Below are positions 25,831 through 36,720 of a DNA stretch of 63,365 bases, piece by piece (positions within the stretch are counted from its first letter, which is position 1; the number at the start of each line of letters is the position of its first letter). The stretch comes from a virus (Duplodnaviria; Caudoviricetes). The stretch spans positions 1 to 63,365 of IMG/VR virus record IMGVR_UViG_3300025141_000081; one strand, given 5' to 3'. A program made the translations under genes and the position numbers. The notes below the pieces were generated by a model. The model did no database searches and was not told the DNA's origin. It was given only the letters and a program-made list of their open reading frames with translations.

Positions 25831-26059
25831 TTATAAGTGTTCTGAGTGTGGTGAAGAATTCCAAGTATATCATTCTATGCTAGAAAGAACAGAGAAGTGT
25901 GGTTATTGTGAGAGCACACAACTACAAAGAATTCCGTTCTTATCTTTTTCTGTCTGTAAACCCAATAAAGCGGGCAAGCTTGTAAATGAATTTATACGCG
26001 ATGCGAAGCAGGATGTGGAAGCAGAAAAGCAAAAACTAAAAGAGGAGCATAATGATTGA
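25817..26059 (+). CDS. FmdB-family zinc ribbon protein
   Basis: [15 protein letters not shown]...CGYCES..LQRI. Confidence 0.85.
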   Translation: MPKYNYKCSECGEEFQVYHSMLERTEKCGYCESTQLQRIPFLSFSVCKPNKAGKLVNEFIRDAKQDVEAEKQKLKEEHND

Positions 26060-26366
26060 AATAATATTTTTAGTGTTATCTATACTTCTGAATATATTTT
26101 TAATATGGTACACACGAAATACATTAAAAAATCTTTTGTATTTATCGGAAAACTTAGGTCTGCTGCATGATGTGATATCGGAGTTTGGGGAACATTTAGG
26201 AGAGGTATATGAGCTTGAGAGGTTCTATGGTGATCCTACCTTAACTCGTTTGTTAGAACACTCCAAAGCAGTAAAGGGGGAACTAGATAAGTACGAAGAT
26301 GTTTTTCTTTTATCTGAACCCCTTGACGAAGAGGGGGATTTGCTTGATGGCAAGGAAGAGGTCTAA
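26052..26366 (+). CDS. membrane-anchored hypothetical protein
   Basis: N-terminal TM IIFLVLSILLNIFLIWY; GAGGAG RBS. Confidence 0.7.
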   Translation: MIEIIFLVLSILLNIFLIWYTRNTLKNLLYLSENLGLLHDVISEFGEHLGEVYELERFYGDPTLTRLLEHSKAVKGELDKYEDVFLLSEPLDEEGDLLDGKEEV

Positions 26367-27042
26367 ACGTAAGAAGAGACAATATTTCACTCAAGTACAT
26401 GAAGACGCTATAATTCAATATAACGCCACTTCAGATTCAAGAGAGAGGACCACTTTATACATAACCTATATCCAGCCAGCTTTCAATGAGATGGTTGATA
26501 AAATTGTGTTTACATATAAGTTTACTACTTTGCCTAATATAGACAATCTTAGAGAGGAATGTAAAATACATTTGACAACCATACTGGACAAGTACAACCC
26601 AAAGAAAGGATCTAAAGCATTTTCTTATTTTAGTGTTATAACCAAAAATTGGTTCATACAGAAAGTTAAAAAAACTAATTTACAAAATAAACGGGAGATG
26701 AATATCGAAGATTTAAGTGTTGACCACCAGCTAAGGTATGCGTCCGTAGAAATTGAATATGATGAACGTAGACAAGAAGCGGAGTTTTGGGGGCTTCTGT
26801 GGAAGGAAATAGAAGGTTGGGAAAAAATGAAATTGAAAGTAAATGAGGAAAAGGTGCTCCAGGCAATAAAAATCCTCCTTAAGGACAAGGATAATCCTAA
26901 TCTAATTTTTAACAAAAAGGCTATTTATTTATACATTAGAGAAATTACGGGTTTGAATACTAAGCAAGTTGTGAACAACTTAAATAAACTAAGAACTAAA
27001 TACAAAGTATTCAAACATCGTTGGGATGAGGGACAATTGTGA
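26347..27042 (+). CDS. phage late-transcription sigma factor (T4 gp55-like)
   Basis: Sigma region 2-like LDKYNPKKGSKAFSYFSVITKNWFIQKVKK; C-terminal HTH-like YLYIREITGLNTKQV; ATG at 26347 after GAGGGG. Confidence 0.75.
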   Translation: MARKRSKRKKRQYFTQVHEDAIIQYNATSDSRERTTLYITYIQPAFNEMVDKIVFTYKFTTLPNIDNLREECKIHLTTILDKYNPKKGSKAFSYFSVITKNWFIQKVKKTNLQNKREMNIEDLSVDHQLRYASVEIEYDERRQEAEFWGLLWKEIEGWEKMKLKVNEEKVLQAIKILLKDKDNPNLIFNKKAIYLYIREITGLNTKQVVNNLNKLRTKYKVFKHRWDEGQL

Positions 27043-27323
27043 AAAAATTAGATCATTACTTAGAAAAGACAATTAAGAATATCGAAAGTGATCGTAAGAT
27101 TACAAGAGAACTGCTTGATGATGTCGTTAGATATTTAAGTAAAGATGAGGCTCGACATGGAGAGGTAGGAATGATTGCATCAAAATATGTAGAGACGCTC
27201 CAAAGGTCCAACGAACAGTTGGTAAAGGTTGCAACCCTTATCCATAAGAAAGAAGAAAAGGGCATAGGCTTATCCGAGGAAGACAAAGAAGAGATATTTA
27301 GCTTGATTCAGGAGGATAACTAA
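27039..27323 (+). CDS. helical hypothetical protein (possible small terminase-like)
   Basis: Two long amphipathic helices (SKYVETLQRSNEQLVKVATLI); function is only inference. Confidence 0.55.
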   Translation: MKKLDHYLEKTIKNIESDRKITRELLDDVVRYLSKDEARHGEVGMIASKYVETLQRSNEQLVKVATLIHKKEEKGIGLSEEDKEEIFSLIQEDN

Positions 27324-28045
27324 TGCCCACTTTAGCGGAATTGATCGATGAGACCCCTATGGGCAAGTTAAACGATAATACTTATGAAAGGTTTGGGATA
27401 AGGAAAGACAAATATAATCTTAATAATGTAGCTTCTATGCGACAAGCATTGTCGGCTGTTTATTCAAATGCTCTTAAAGACAATAGCACTGGGCCTTACG
27501 AAGCAATTTGTTTAGCTGCCAGCAATGATCCCACAAACGAGATCCCACTACAAGTCCAACCAAAAACACCAGGATTTTTATTGCGAGTTATTGCGAGGAT
27601 ACCCGAATTTCATGCAAGTCTCCCAAAGCCAGACGATGCTTTAGGTTGTGTGGAACTTAGAAATTTAGCGATATTGATGCACCCGGTGTTTTATAGTGTT
27701 TTGAAGAATAATGAAACTGTTCCTAAGCCGGGCAACAAAATTAAAGTTGATCTATTTTCTTCTAATGGCGGGCAATATGGAGAGTATCTTGGCATTGTAA
27801 ATTCGTCTGAATCGGCTTCGCCCTGCTCATCTTCTAGTCCTGAAGAAATAATGAACAACCCAGAGATCGCACCCACGACTTTGGCAGTCCTCGATGCAGC
27901 GGTCGCCCTCGTAGAAGAAGTAGCCGCCGCTAAGAATGCCGCCCAAGACCGGGAGATCGAGGCTGAATATGGGTTTAGCCCTGGGCCTGGAGAAGAGTAC
28001 AACTTTAGTGAGCCTGAAGAAGAGTTTACATTTAACGGAGGTTAA
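27323..28045 (+). CDS. putative baseplate hub/spike N-terminal (OB-fold-like) protein
   Basis: VIARIPE...PKPGNKIKVDL resembles the gp5/gpV OB pattern (P..G..V.V.F); sits before the spike-like gene. Confidence 0.5.
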   Translation: MPTLAELIDETPMGKLNDNTYERFGIRKDKYNLNNVASMRQALSAVYSNALKDNSTGPYEAICLAASNDPTNEIPLQVQPKTPGFLLRVIARIPEFHASLPKPDDALGCVELRNLAILMHPVFYSVLKNNETVPKPGNKIKVDLFSSNGGQYGEYLGIVNSSESASPCSSSSPEEIMNNPEIAPTTLAVLDAAVALVEEVAAAKNAAQDREIEAEYGFSPGPGEEYNFSEPEEEFTFNGG

Positions 28046-28050
28046 GAATA

Positions 28051-29088
28051 GTGACGAAACAAATTGCTAGAAAGGGAACTAAAGCTCAAAATGAAAGAGA
28101 TGAGGAATGCTTGGCCAGAAAGGCCAGCGGAGAAGATGTTAACTTAGACGGCCAAGGGGGCATCGGTGATGTTGAGGAGCCAATGGTCACCTATGAAAAG
28201 GTAGACAGTGAAATAGTTTTGCCAAGAAAGAATACCCATTGGGGTAGGCATAGGATAGCATTTGGCCGCGATAGGCACACGAGAGAGGCCCTCAGTGGGT
28301 ATGGAGGGCGGGGCTGTACTGCTGCCGGGTCAATAGACATCGTAGTGGGTAGCGGAGGTCCTGAGCCCAAAGCAGGGACTGTGGTGGGACCTAATTTTTT
28401 TACTGATGCTGCTAGAATTTATTTGACCCAAAGGGGAGATATAGATCGATATTTTAATTTATCTCCTGATGACGCTAACGGGATATTACCATCGGAAAAT
28501 AGGTCAGCAATAGGCATAAAAGCAGACGCGGTAAGGATAATCGGTAGAGAGGGAGTAAGAATTTATACTAATGCCCGCACAAAGGGTTCAGGAAAGGTAG
28601 AAGAAACAACTTCTCAAGGCGGAAATATTCAGTCCCATAATGGTATTCATCTTATAGCCAATTGCAGTACTGGAGTTATCGGTGAATTGGACCCCACCGT
28701 GCAATCGGCAAACTTACTATATGGTGGACCATTTAATAAGGTTCAGCCAATGGTAAGGGGTGATTTGTTGGTTGCATTTTTAAAAGATTTAATAGAAGAT
28801 ATACAAAATTTATCAGACGCAGTAAATAATTTTGCCATGTATCAATTAAAATACAATACGCGAATCGCAGAACATTCTCACACTGTGGCCTCAGCGACTC
28901 CTGGCGTTGCAGTGCCGGATTTTGCATCGCTGATTCCGGGATCTGCATCGTCCACCATAAAGATTATTCAAGATACTCTAGTGAAAAATTCTCTAAATGT
29001 TGCAAATATGAAAATTGCAACTCAATTTAACTGGCTGGAAGCTAGTAGTCCTCTTTGTATTCTCTCTCCAAACAACAAAACTAATTAA
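28051..29088 (+). CDS. putative baseplate central spike protein
   Basis: Beta-rich AARIYL...IGIKADAVRIIGREGVRI; QPMVRGDLLVAFLKDL; HxH (HSH) tip motif typical of gpV/gp138 spikes. Confidence 0.6.
   Translation: MTKQIARKGTKAQNERDEECLARKASGEDVNLDGQGGIGDVEEPMVTYEKVDSEIVLPRKNTHWGRHRIAFGRDRHTREALSGYGGRGCTAAGSIDIVVGSGGPEPKAGTVVGPNFFTDAARIYLTQRGDIDRYFNLSPDDANGILPSENRSAIGIKADAVRIIGREGVRIYTNARTKGSGKVEETTSQGGNIQSHNGIHLIANCSTGVIGELDPTVQSANLLYGGPFNKVQPMVRGDLLVAFLKDLIEDIQNLSDAVNNFAMYQLKYNTRIAEHSHTVASATPGVAVPDFASLIPGSASSTIKIIQDTLVKNSLNVANMKIATQFNWLEASSPLCILSPNNKTN
29080..29087 (+). promoter_or_regulatory. putative late promoter motif ACTAATTA
   Basis: Directly upstream of the 2398-aa gene. Confidence 0.5.
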
Positions 29089-29098
29089 GGATTAAGCT

Positions 29099-32000
29099 AT
29101 GGCACAATGCCCAGAAATTGAAATTTATGATGATGATCCTTTTATTTATTATGCAAGAGCTTTAATCGATGCGTTCAAGCAGAGGTATGGCACAGAACTT
29201 AGCTCACATACTAATAAAAATGTTTTTGAAGAAGGTCTAGAAATAAACATAGATACAGATAGCGGCACCCCTTTTGACGACCCACTTCCGGAGACCTATT
29301 ATTATAGTACTATAGAAGCTGGTGGGTTTAGTGACTGGAGTGGGGCTTTGCCTTACTATATAAAGGGTCCTAAATATACTATATTTAGCGATTATAGTAT
29401 AAAGGAATGGTCAGTGGATGCAACGAGGACGACGACAGACGAGGAGGACGATTGGATAAGCATGGCCGGGTGTTTGGTTGTTCACCCTATGTTAAGAGTA
29501 GACTATGAAAGATATGTAGAAAAGGGTAGATCTGACACATACTGGGAAAACTGGTTCTCGACTGAAGAAGAGCTGCGAGAGGATGTTTTTAAAGAGGGGC
29601 CAGGCAGCCTTGGAAGTACTTCTGACGATCCAATGACTGATGCCCTTCAGTTTGCTTTCTTACTAGAAGTATTAGATTCCTTTCTGCACATTAATGAAGA
29701 CAAGAAAACCTCAGATGAGCATTGGCTTAAAACTAGTATGCAAAAATTCACTTGGTGTCAGATGTTTTGGTATGGCTATGAAACGCATGATGTGGAGACT
29801 ACAACAGTGCCTGGGATTGGGGAATTTGCTGACAGAACACAGTTAGGAAAACAAGCTGGCTCTCCAAGCGCACCAAATGTTGGAAGCGGCGCTGGACTCC
29901 CAGTATGGGCTGGCGAATTAGACCCTGAACCACAGGGTTCCCACACAACTTCTATTAGGTATTATCCCAAAAAAGGTGCCCGAAAAACAGTTAGCTCGGT
30001 CGACGACGGCGTAACAAACATTGATGGTCGTGGGTGGGGAGCAATTCATTCCAATTGGTGCCCAGATAGGGATGAACACTTTCTAGGACACTCAGTAAGA
30101 ATTGTGGATGCTGATTACAGGGCATTCGTAACATGGTTGGAAAAAGCTATAACTATTCTGGATGATGCTGGGATAGGTCCCGGTTCGTCGTGGTACGACG
30201 GAATCCTAGAAGATGCAGGGTACGGTAACCTAACTCAGACTGAATGCAGCCTCCCTCCTTATGGGGGCTCTATGGATTATGATGCTCTTAGCGATTCTTG
30301 GACCAACTCTTGCAGCATGAAAGTATTTCGTTCCATGGTGGATAAGATCTATTTTAGCGGAAGTGCTTCGCTCGATGAGATACTCCACCCTGATTCATTA
30401 GATTTTTGGTATTCTTTTTTGGAAGGCCATAACGCATCCCCAGCGTTGTCCACTGAAATCCTAAACCAAGCAATAATGAATTCTGGAGTTATTGGGGTAG
30501 AGTGCGACTCAATAGGGTCGGCTATAGATATTGGCTTAGACTTCCAACCGATTAATGCAAGCGATTGTAAAGATATAGTAGGCCCTCCTATAGTTGAAAC
30601 TTACATGACTTGTATCCCAAACCCGCAAGCCTTGACTCCCAACTGGCTAAACCAGACAGAGGAAGAACCGTTTTTAAATCAAAAAACTTGCGAATACTCT
30701 ATTGTTATGTTGGCCGATCCTCCCGATTGTAGCCAAGCATACTTAGATTCTTTTATTCCATCTGCGATGGACAAGCTTTTAAGCTACTATAATAAAGAGA
30801 AAACAACGACTTTCTTAGACTTATCAGATGGTACTGGGGTCAATTTGAATTCAAAAGATTCATTGATAGACGGAAGCAGTGGTTTCTATTTGGATGGTAT
30901 AGTCTTTTCTGGCACGGCAAGAGTTAAGGATTTTTATATTCCCCCAAGACCATTGGCCAAAACAAAGGTTCTTATAACTGTATCTGCCGAAGAATTTAAT
31001 AGAATACTCGATAAGACACCCTCAGTAGAGGAGCAACCTCTATCCTCTGTCCATTACGACGGAGAATCTTCTTTTGTTGTTTTTCTGGTATCAGAGATGC
31101 AGAGCATATTTGATAAAGTAAGCTATGGCCTTGAGTTATACGAAAATTCTTATGCTCATTGGCATTTGGAGACAGGAAGAACCATAAAGGGTCTGAATCT
31201 AACCGCAGAATCCAGTAGGATTATGAATTTCTACAAAGAACTAATGCTTTTGTTTAGAGAATCTGGGTACCCCAAAGATGATTTAGAGTGGGTAGAGATA
31301 GGGTTTTCACCAACTTATAAGATTGAGTATATAAAAGTACAAAAGCCATTTAGCCCTCCGTTTAGTCTGGAAAAAGGAGTTGATTCTTTTATAAATCGCC
31401 CTGTGGCAGCAGATGCCACAGCAATGGCCTATATTTCACAATTGCCAAATATAAAAACAGATATGATGGCAAGGAATTCTATGACATGGTACGATATGGT
31501 GAAAAAATATCGATACCCTGAGATAGAAGAGAGCTATGGTCTCAATTTAACCTCCCCAGTGGTTGAGGGGAATGAGGGCATTAAAAAACTTTCTGAAGTG
31601 GCTTGTCCTGGGGGAACCTCCGCTGGTGTATTCGAGGGTAAAGCAACTGCTGGCGAATGGGCAATGAGCCAAGTAAACGATATCAAAAGCGCTCTCCTTT
31701 CCCAATTAAGCGCAAATCCTTGCGTCCTGGTTGATCATAAAATCCTTGAGCACCAGGGCAGAGAAGACTTTGCTATGCAAATAACAGATATGACTCTTAA
31801 GGAATACTTGACGAGCGATAGGTTTATTAACGATCTCCCAGAGCTTTTGGTGAGGGGAAGATATGATGATATTAACGCTTTATACGGTGGCATGTTAAAC
31901 AATCTTGGTATGTGTGGCTTATTTGACTTAATTAAAGCTGCTGTGGATTGTGCACTTAACGCCTTGGGATACGATGATTCGGTTAGCATTATTGTGGCAG

Positions 32001-35000
32001 CAGCTATTAGGGGGATGGGCGACGAATTTATTGGTAATTTTATCAATAGCATGTCTCCTGAGATGCAAGAGGTGGTTATAAATAAAATACTTGTTTCCGA
32101 ATTGGGCGGGGCAATTCTTAACGAAGCTACGCCGCAGTTACTGCCATTATTGGCTGGCTTTACTAGCATTCCTATAGTAGATAGCGAGGGGGCCGTTATA
32201 GAGCCAATCTTCGACAACAGGGCAAGTTATACAAGTACAGATGTACCTTTTGGTAGTTTAGGAGACCAGTCTTTCAGAGGGATTACTCAAAGTCCTGGTG
32301 CCGTTACTGCTGAGGTCTCCTTAAGCAATCCACCAGGCTCTATAGGGTCTATTGGGGGAGACAATCGATACCCAACACCTCAAGATTACGGCGAACTAAA
32401 AAATGTTGTTGCTGACTTGGTAATGAACGATCTTCTAAACGCAGATGATTTATTAGACATCTTGAATACCTTGCCGGGAGCTGGGATAGCCATGTCTATC
32501 CTAGAAAAAATAGATAAATTTTGTGCTGTTCCTCCTTTGTTCTACCCACCGCTTAAGGAATTTATTAAAATTCCTGGTGTGAATATAGACGTTTGTGAAT
32601 TGCAAGTCGGAATAACCGTGCCTATAATGCCAAAGATAAGGTTTAATAGTCTAGGAAAAATATTAATTGATAACGCATGGAGGGTTCTAAAAGAATTATT
32701 AATTCGTCTTCTGATTTTAATATTAAAGAAAATTCTTGAGATAATAGCGGAGGAACTATGTAAAACGAGGGTTGGCGCAGATCCATTGAATTTGCGTGAA
32801 GCTATGCTTAATGGAATATGTGGGGACCTCAACGTAGACTCTGCGGTCATGGATGACGCTTTAGGAAATATTATGGGGTCCATAGGTTCTTGTTCTGACC
32901 CAGTAGCTCTTGGTAGGTACATAGACAATGTAGCTTCAGTAGTCACACAGTGCGAACTACTTGACCTTATTACCGGGGAAGGTTCGGATAATCTCTATGA
33001 TCTTGTTATTGAAATAACTAAAAATGATCCTGTTACTGAGCCCCTCTCGGAGTGTTTATATGATAAACCCTCTGTCCACCAGTTTTTCAAATCAATCGGC
33101 GTATTTGTTGATTTAGAGGCTCTTTGTATTGATGACGCAACAAACCTTCCGGTTAGCAAAGAAGTATGTGATAATCTTGGCCTTCTCAATGTATTCAGAT
33201 CGGTTCGAGCAGATGCACTCCGCGAAAAGGGAGTAGACGAGGAATGTATAGAAGACCAGCTATGCAAATTAAGGGAAAGAACCGTATCAGATTTAGAAGA
33301 CCTTATGGGCCTATTACAAGCTGGTATATTTGACAGTGTTATTCCAAATATTTTTCATGATGTTAACGATCCAGATAAGCCTTCGTTGCTGCCAGCGGCA
33401 TTACCGGATGAAAGTATAGCTATGGATACAATGTTTAATTCTATGTTTGATGCCATGGCTGTTTCTTTTACAGAAGATATAATAGGTCGTCGTGGTTTTC
33501 TGAATATGGTCTTAGCCGATTCGAGAGGTCGTGGATATAACCAGCATTTAAAATTTGAACAAATGTTTGGTCCTTCTTTCTTTAACCTTTACGGTTCTTA
33601 TGGGACAAGAGCACATCCTCCTCGCGATGAGTGGGGCAAGGGAGCAGAGGGCAACAAGGTGCAAGACCATAATGGCTGGGTCACAGGGCCTCTTAATTTT
33701 ACTGACGACGCAGCAAATTTCTTCTGGTTGCCTTTCTTGTTTAACCCACTTAGTGCTGACGGGACTCAGCCAGAAGCTGAGGGTGATCCTGATAATGATC
33801 AAAACGGGGACGGGGCGCCGGAAACACATGGTCGTCCCCCAGCTATTGGTGGCCTGCCCGACAAGGTCGCAGGACATTTACAATATACTTTAGAAAATTT
33901 CTCTGTATCTTATAGTCTTGCCCCTGCTGACCCCTACTCTGTGGTTATACCTTGGATCGGATATGAAGAAGAAAATCCCTTAACATTTATGTTTAGTTAT
34001 GATTATTGGACTCCCCCTCCAGAAGGACAGGAGTATACATGGGATGGTCATCGAATGAAGGTAGTTATGACTTCTGAGGACTGGGAAGGCACGGGAGACT
34101 CCTTTACCGAAACTCTTGCTTATATGGATGTAAATTCTTCTGTTTCCCCAGGGGTGGCCGATTTTAAGGAGACTGTATTGGATCTTGATCTTAAATTTAC
34201 CTCGCCTGACTATTCTTGGTTAGAATTGCTTAAATATAAGGTAGACTTAGCATTTGGGGGCGAAATTTCCCCTAGTGCTAGAGGCTCTACCTTTAAACCT
34301 ATTAACAGAAATCTTATAAATCAATTAGCGGCTAAACTAGCTTCGAATGATCGTATATTCAACTATGGGTTTAGGGACGCAGATGGTGAAGTCGAACCGC
34401 CAAAAGTTGTGTACTTTCACCAGACTGCCGAATTTGACGACATAGCCGCCGCTATTGAAAGGTATGGAGGTTCCGAAGGTAATCCGCCATTCTATATTAG
34501 ATATCCTGATCCTCAAGGGTTTTTAAAGATAGCACAAGATATAATTCCTTCATTTAAGCCATGTGAGACACCTGACGGGTCTACGAATTTTCCAAAATTT
34601 AAGGAATTAGCTAAAGTAGCTGATGCTTTCGCTGGCAAAATAAAAGATGATCCACGAGGATGGAGAAAGGTTGACGGGGTTACAACTGAAGTAGAATCTC
34701 CTTTCGACAGAATACTACCCAAAGCGGCTCTTGGAGTAGTAGAGGGTACAATAGCAGCGACTATAAGAGTTTATGCTGTTGAATTTATGTTAAAAGCTTT
34801 GCCTGCTCTTAGCGTGCTAGGCATGGAAAAAGGGAATTATGGTGATGTTTTTGCTGACTATATCATAGAAAATATGGAGAAGGGCCTTCTTACCTCTGGT
34901 CGGGGCAAAAGATATAACAAGAAGTATGAAGATTATTGGTGGTTATTCTTAGAACAGGTGGTTCAGAATTTTGGCCTAAAAGTTCAGCAAGGAATAATAT

Positions 35001-36295
35001 TGGACGAGACTCCAGAGGAAAAAGAGGCGAGAGATTTAATTAACCAACATGTAAAAAATAATTGGACGTACACTCCACCGGAAGTGTTTACTGGGCTGTT
35101 CTCAGCTAAAAAAACCTCAACAGATAGAAAAGAAAAGTGGGACGCTGTTTTCCAAGGTGCGGTTGCAAGCCCAACCGCAGGCCTTCCGGTTTATATTCCC
35201 TCGCCAGTCATTGGTTACTGCAAGACAATATTAAGAAGATATGTTTTAGAAGAATTTGAAAGAACCTCGGAAATCTTTCAGGAGGTTGTTAAATCAGACT
35301 ATACAGATATAGATGACTTCATATTAAAAAATAGAAGCCTTATTGGCGGGGCAATAGACACGTCGACGAATGGTGGAGACGGTGGCCCATTAGATGTGCC
35401 TTCTGCTTCATATTATGCCTCATTGGCGGCAGGAGCCTCAGCTGATCATCCTCTAGAGAGGCTGGAAGACCCAGACCCAGGGGGTAGGGGCCTTCCATTT
35501 ATTCTTGAAAGATATGTTGTCATTGGCGGAACGCTCACAGACGCCAGTGCGAACGCCAGACAACTTGGGTATGTAGCTAATCTTGCCGACTTGGAAAATA
35601 TACTCTCTGGCCACTCGATCGTCGCAGATGATGGGTGGAGGTTTGGTTTAAGACTAACATTTATTCCGGAAATGTTAGGAGCTTCTGTAGCAAGCGATTT
35701 TGAATTCCCAGCAGCCTCGGATTTGACCGCAGATTTTGGTTATATGAATAAAGCCTACCACTCATACTATAAAAATGCAATTCCCTTAGCAGAAGCCGAG
35801 TTGGAAATAAATGAAGGGGAACTCTATACAGCGCAGCTTTACAACGATTATTTACAAAATCTAATTTGCAAACTCATAGAAACCCCAGAGTATAAGATGT
35901 TGTTTGAGCATTGTTTCCCAATGCCAAAGTACATGGCGTTATTAGCTATCTATTGTGGAACGACATTTGTTCCTTCTCTGGCTAATGTTGAAGATGGCTG
36001 GGCTGCTAAGAACGATGGTTCTGGTGGTGGTCGCTGGATAGGTCTGGGCAAATTTGGTGGAATGAATACTTGGAGAGGGAATGAGGGGATGGTGAATTCC
36101 TTTCAAAATACTAAAAGAACGGCTCGACAGATACTAGAAGCTACTTGCTACACTAATTACGATTATGTGGACAGAGATGGTATGACCCCCGAAGAAGTAT
36201 ATATAGAAAATGATAGTCCAACTAGAAATAGTGGGGTAGACTTAAAGTGGTGGCAATGGAGTTCGTTACGCCCCTCACCGTGTAAGGAGGAATAA
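29099..36295 (+). CDS. 2398-aa acidic, Cys-rich putative structural protein
   Basis: Long ORF between the spike-like and gp25-like genes; no family recognised. Confidence 0.75.
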   Translation: MAQCPEIEIYDDDPFIYYARALIDAFKQRYGTELSSHTNKNVFEEGLEINIDTDSGTPFDDPLPETYYYSTIEAGGFSDWSGALPYYIKGPKYTIFSDYSIKEWSVDATRTTTDEEDDWISMAGCLVVHPMLRVDYERYVEKGRSDTYWENWFSTEEELREDVFKEGPGSLGSTSDDPMTDALQFAFLLEVLDSFLHINEDKKTSDEHWLKTSMQKFTWCQMFWYGYETHDVETTTVPGIGEFADRTQLGKQAGSPSAPNVGSGAGLPVWAGELDPEPQGSHTTSIRYYPKKGARKTVSSVDDGVTNIDGRGWGAIHSNWCPDRDEHFLGHSVRIVDADYRAFVTWLEKAITILDDAGIGPGSSWYDGILEDAGYGNLTQTECSLPPYGGSMDYDALSDSWTNSCSMKVFRSMVDKIYFSGSASLDEILHPDSLDFWYSFLEGHNASPALSTEILNQAIMNSGVIGVECDSIGSAIDIGLDFQPINASDCKDIVGPPIVETYMTCIPNPQALTPNWLNQTEEEPFLNQKTCEYSIVMLADPPDCSQAYLDSFIPSAMDKLLSYYNKEKTTTFLDLSDGTGVNLNSKDSLIDGSSGFYLDGIVFSGTARVKDFYIPPRPLAKTKVLITVSAEEFNRILDKTPSVEEQPLSSVHYDGESSFVVFLVSEMQSIFDKVSYGLELYENSYAHWHLETGRTIKGLNLTAESSRIMNFYKELMLLFRESGYPKDDLEWVEIGFSPTYKIEYIKVQKPFSPPFSLEKGVDSFINRPVAADATAMAYISQLPNIKTDMMARNSMTWYDMVKKYRYPEIEESYGLNLTSPVVEGNEGIKKLSEVACPGGTSAGVFEGKATAGEWAMSQVNDIKSALLSQLSANPCVLVDHKILEHQGREDFAMQITDMTLKEYLTSDRFINDLPELLVRGRYDDINALYGGMLNNLGMCGLFDLIKAAVDCALNALGYDDSVSIIVAAAIRGMGDEFIGNFINSMSPEMQEVVINKILVSELGGAILNEATPQLLPLLAGFTSIPIVDSEGAVIEPIFDNRASYTSTDVPFGSLGDQSFRGITQSPGAVTAEVSLSNPPGSIGSIGGDNRYPTPQDYGELKNVVADLVMNDLLNADDLLDILNTLPGAGIAMSILEKIDKFCAVPPLFYPPLKEFIKIPGVNIDVCELQVGITVPIMPKIRFNSLGKILIDNAWRVLKELLIRLLILILKKILEIIAEELCKTRVGADPLNLREAMLNGICGDLNVDSAVMDDALGNIMGSIGSCSDPVALGRYIDNVASVVTQCELLDLITGEGSDNLYDLVIEITKNDPVTEPLSECLYDKPSVHQFFKSIGVFVDLEALCIDDATNLPVSKEVCDNLGLLNVFRSVRADALREKGVDEECIEDQLCKLRERTVSDLEDLMGLLQAGIFDSVIPNIFHDVNDPDKPSLLPAALPDESIAMDTMFNSMFDAMAVSFTEDIIGRRGFLNMVLADSRGRGYNQHLKFEQMFGPSFFNLYGSYGTRAHPPRDEWGKGAEGNKVQDHNGWVTGPLNFTDDAANFFWLPFLFNPLSADGTQPEAEGDPDNDQNGDGAPETHGRPPAIGGLPDKVAGHLQYTLENFSVSYSLAPADPYSVVIPWIGYEEENPLTFMFSYDYWTPPPEGQEYTWDGHRMKVVMTSEDWEGTGDSFTETLAYMDVNSSVSPGVADFKETVLDLDLKFTSPDYSWLELLKYKVDLAFGGEISPSARGSTFKPINRNLINQLAAKLASNDRIFNYGFRDADGEVEPPKVVYFHQTAEFDDIAAAIERYGGSEGNPPFYIRYPDPQGFLKIAQDIIPSFKPCETPDGSTNFPKFKELAKVADAFAGKIKDDPRGWRKVDGVTTEVESPFDRILPKAALGVVEGTIAATIRVYAVEFMLKALPALSVLGMEKGNYGDVFADYIIENMEKGLLTSGRGKRYNKKYEDYWWLFLEQVVQNFGLKVQQGIILDETPEEKEARDLINQHVKNNWTYTPPEVFTGLFSAKKTSTDRKEKWDAVFQGAVASPTAGLPVYIPSPVIGYCKTILRRYVLEEFERTSEIFQEVVKSDYTDIDDFILKNRSLIGGAIDTSTNGGDGGPLDVPSASYYASLAAGASADHPLERLEDPDPGGRGLPFILERYVVIGGTLTDASANARQLGYVANLADLENILSGHSIVADDGWRFGLRLTFIPEMLGASVASDFEFPAASDLTADFGYMNKAYHSYYKNAIPLAEAELEINEGELYTAQLYNDYLQNLICKLIETPEYKMLFEHCFPMPKYMALLAIYCGTTFVPSLANVEDGWAAKNDGSGGGRWIGLGKFGGMNTWRGNEGMVNSFQNTKRTARQILEATCYTNYDYVDRDGMTPEEVYIENDSPTRNSGVDLKWWQWSSLRPSPCKEE

Positions 36296-36297
36296 AA

Positions 36298-36681
36298 ATG
36301 GCTGGTTTTTCGCCAAAGTTGCCGCTAACGCTAGACCCAGATGATGGATATACCTTGACTAAAACGCTTAAGGAAGTCGCTAAACAAAACTTTAAAATGC
36401 TTGTTTTGACGAACCCAGGGGAAAGAATGATGGATCCTGAGTTTGGAGTTGGCATATTGGCCTATTTATTCGAGAACAATACCAGGACGACACAGGGGAG
36501 GATAGATGCTAGGATAAGAGAACAGACATCCAAGTATCTACCATATATTCAGATTGAGAACATTCTATTTAAATCTATGGAAGATAGGCCAGAGTTGGCA
36601 GAAAATTTCTTAGGAGTTTCAATAGCCTATAGCATAAAGAAGCTGGCCGTTAGAGATGTCTTAGAAATTCCAACAAATTAA
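36298..36681 (+). CDS. baseplate wedge / sheath initiator (GPW/gp25 family)
   Basis: KQNFKMLVLTNPGERMMDPEFGVGILAYLFE...YLPYIQI. Confidence 0.92.
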   Translation: MAGFSPKLPLTLDPDDGYTLTKTLKEVAKQNFKMLVLTNPGERMMDPEFGVGILAYLFENNTRTTQGRIDARIREQTSKYLPYIQIENILFKSMEDRPELAENFLGVSIAYSIKKLAVRDVLEIPTN

Positions 36682-36689
36682 TTTCAACT

Positions 36690-36697
36690 ACTAATTA
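36690..36697 (+). promoter_or_regulatory. putative late promoter motif ACTAATTA
   Basis: Intergenic, upstream of the gp6-like gene. Confidence 0.55.
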
Positions 36698-36720
36698 TTA
36701 AAGAATTGGGGACCTAATAG

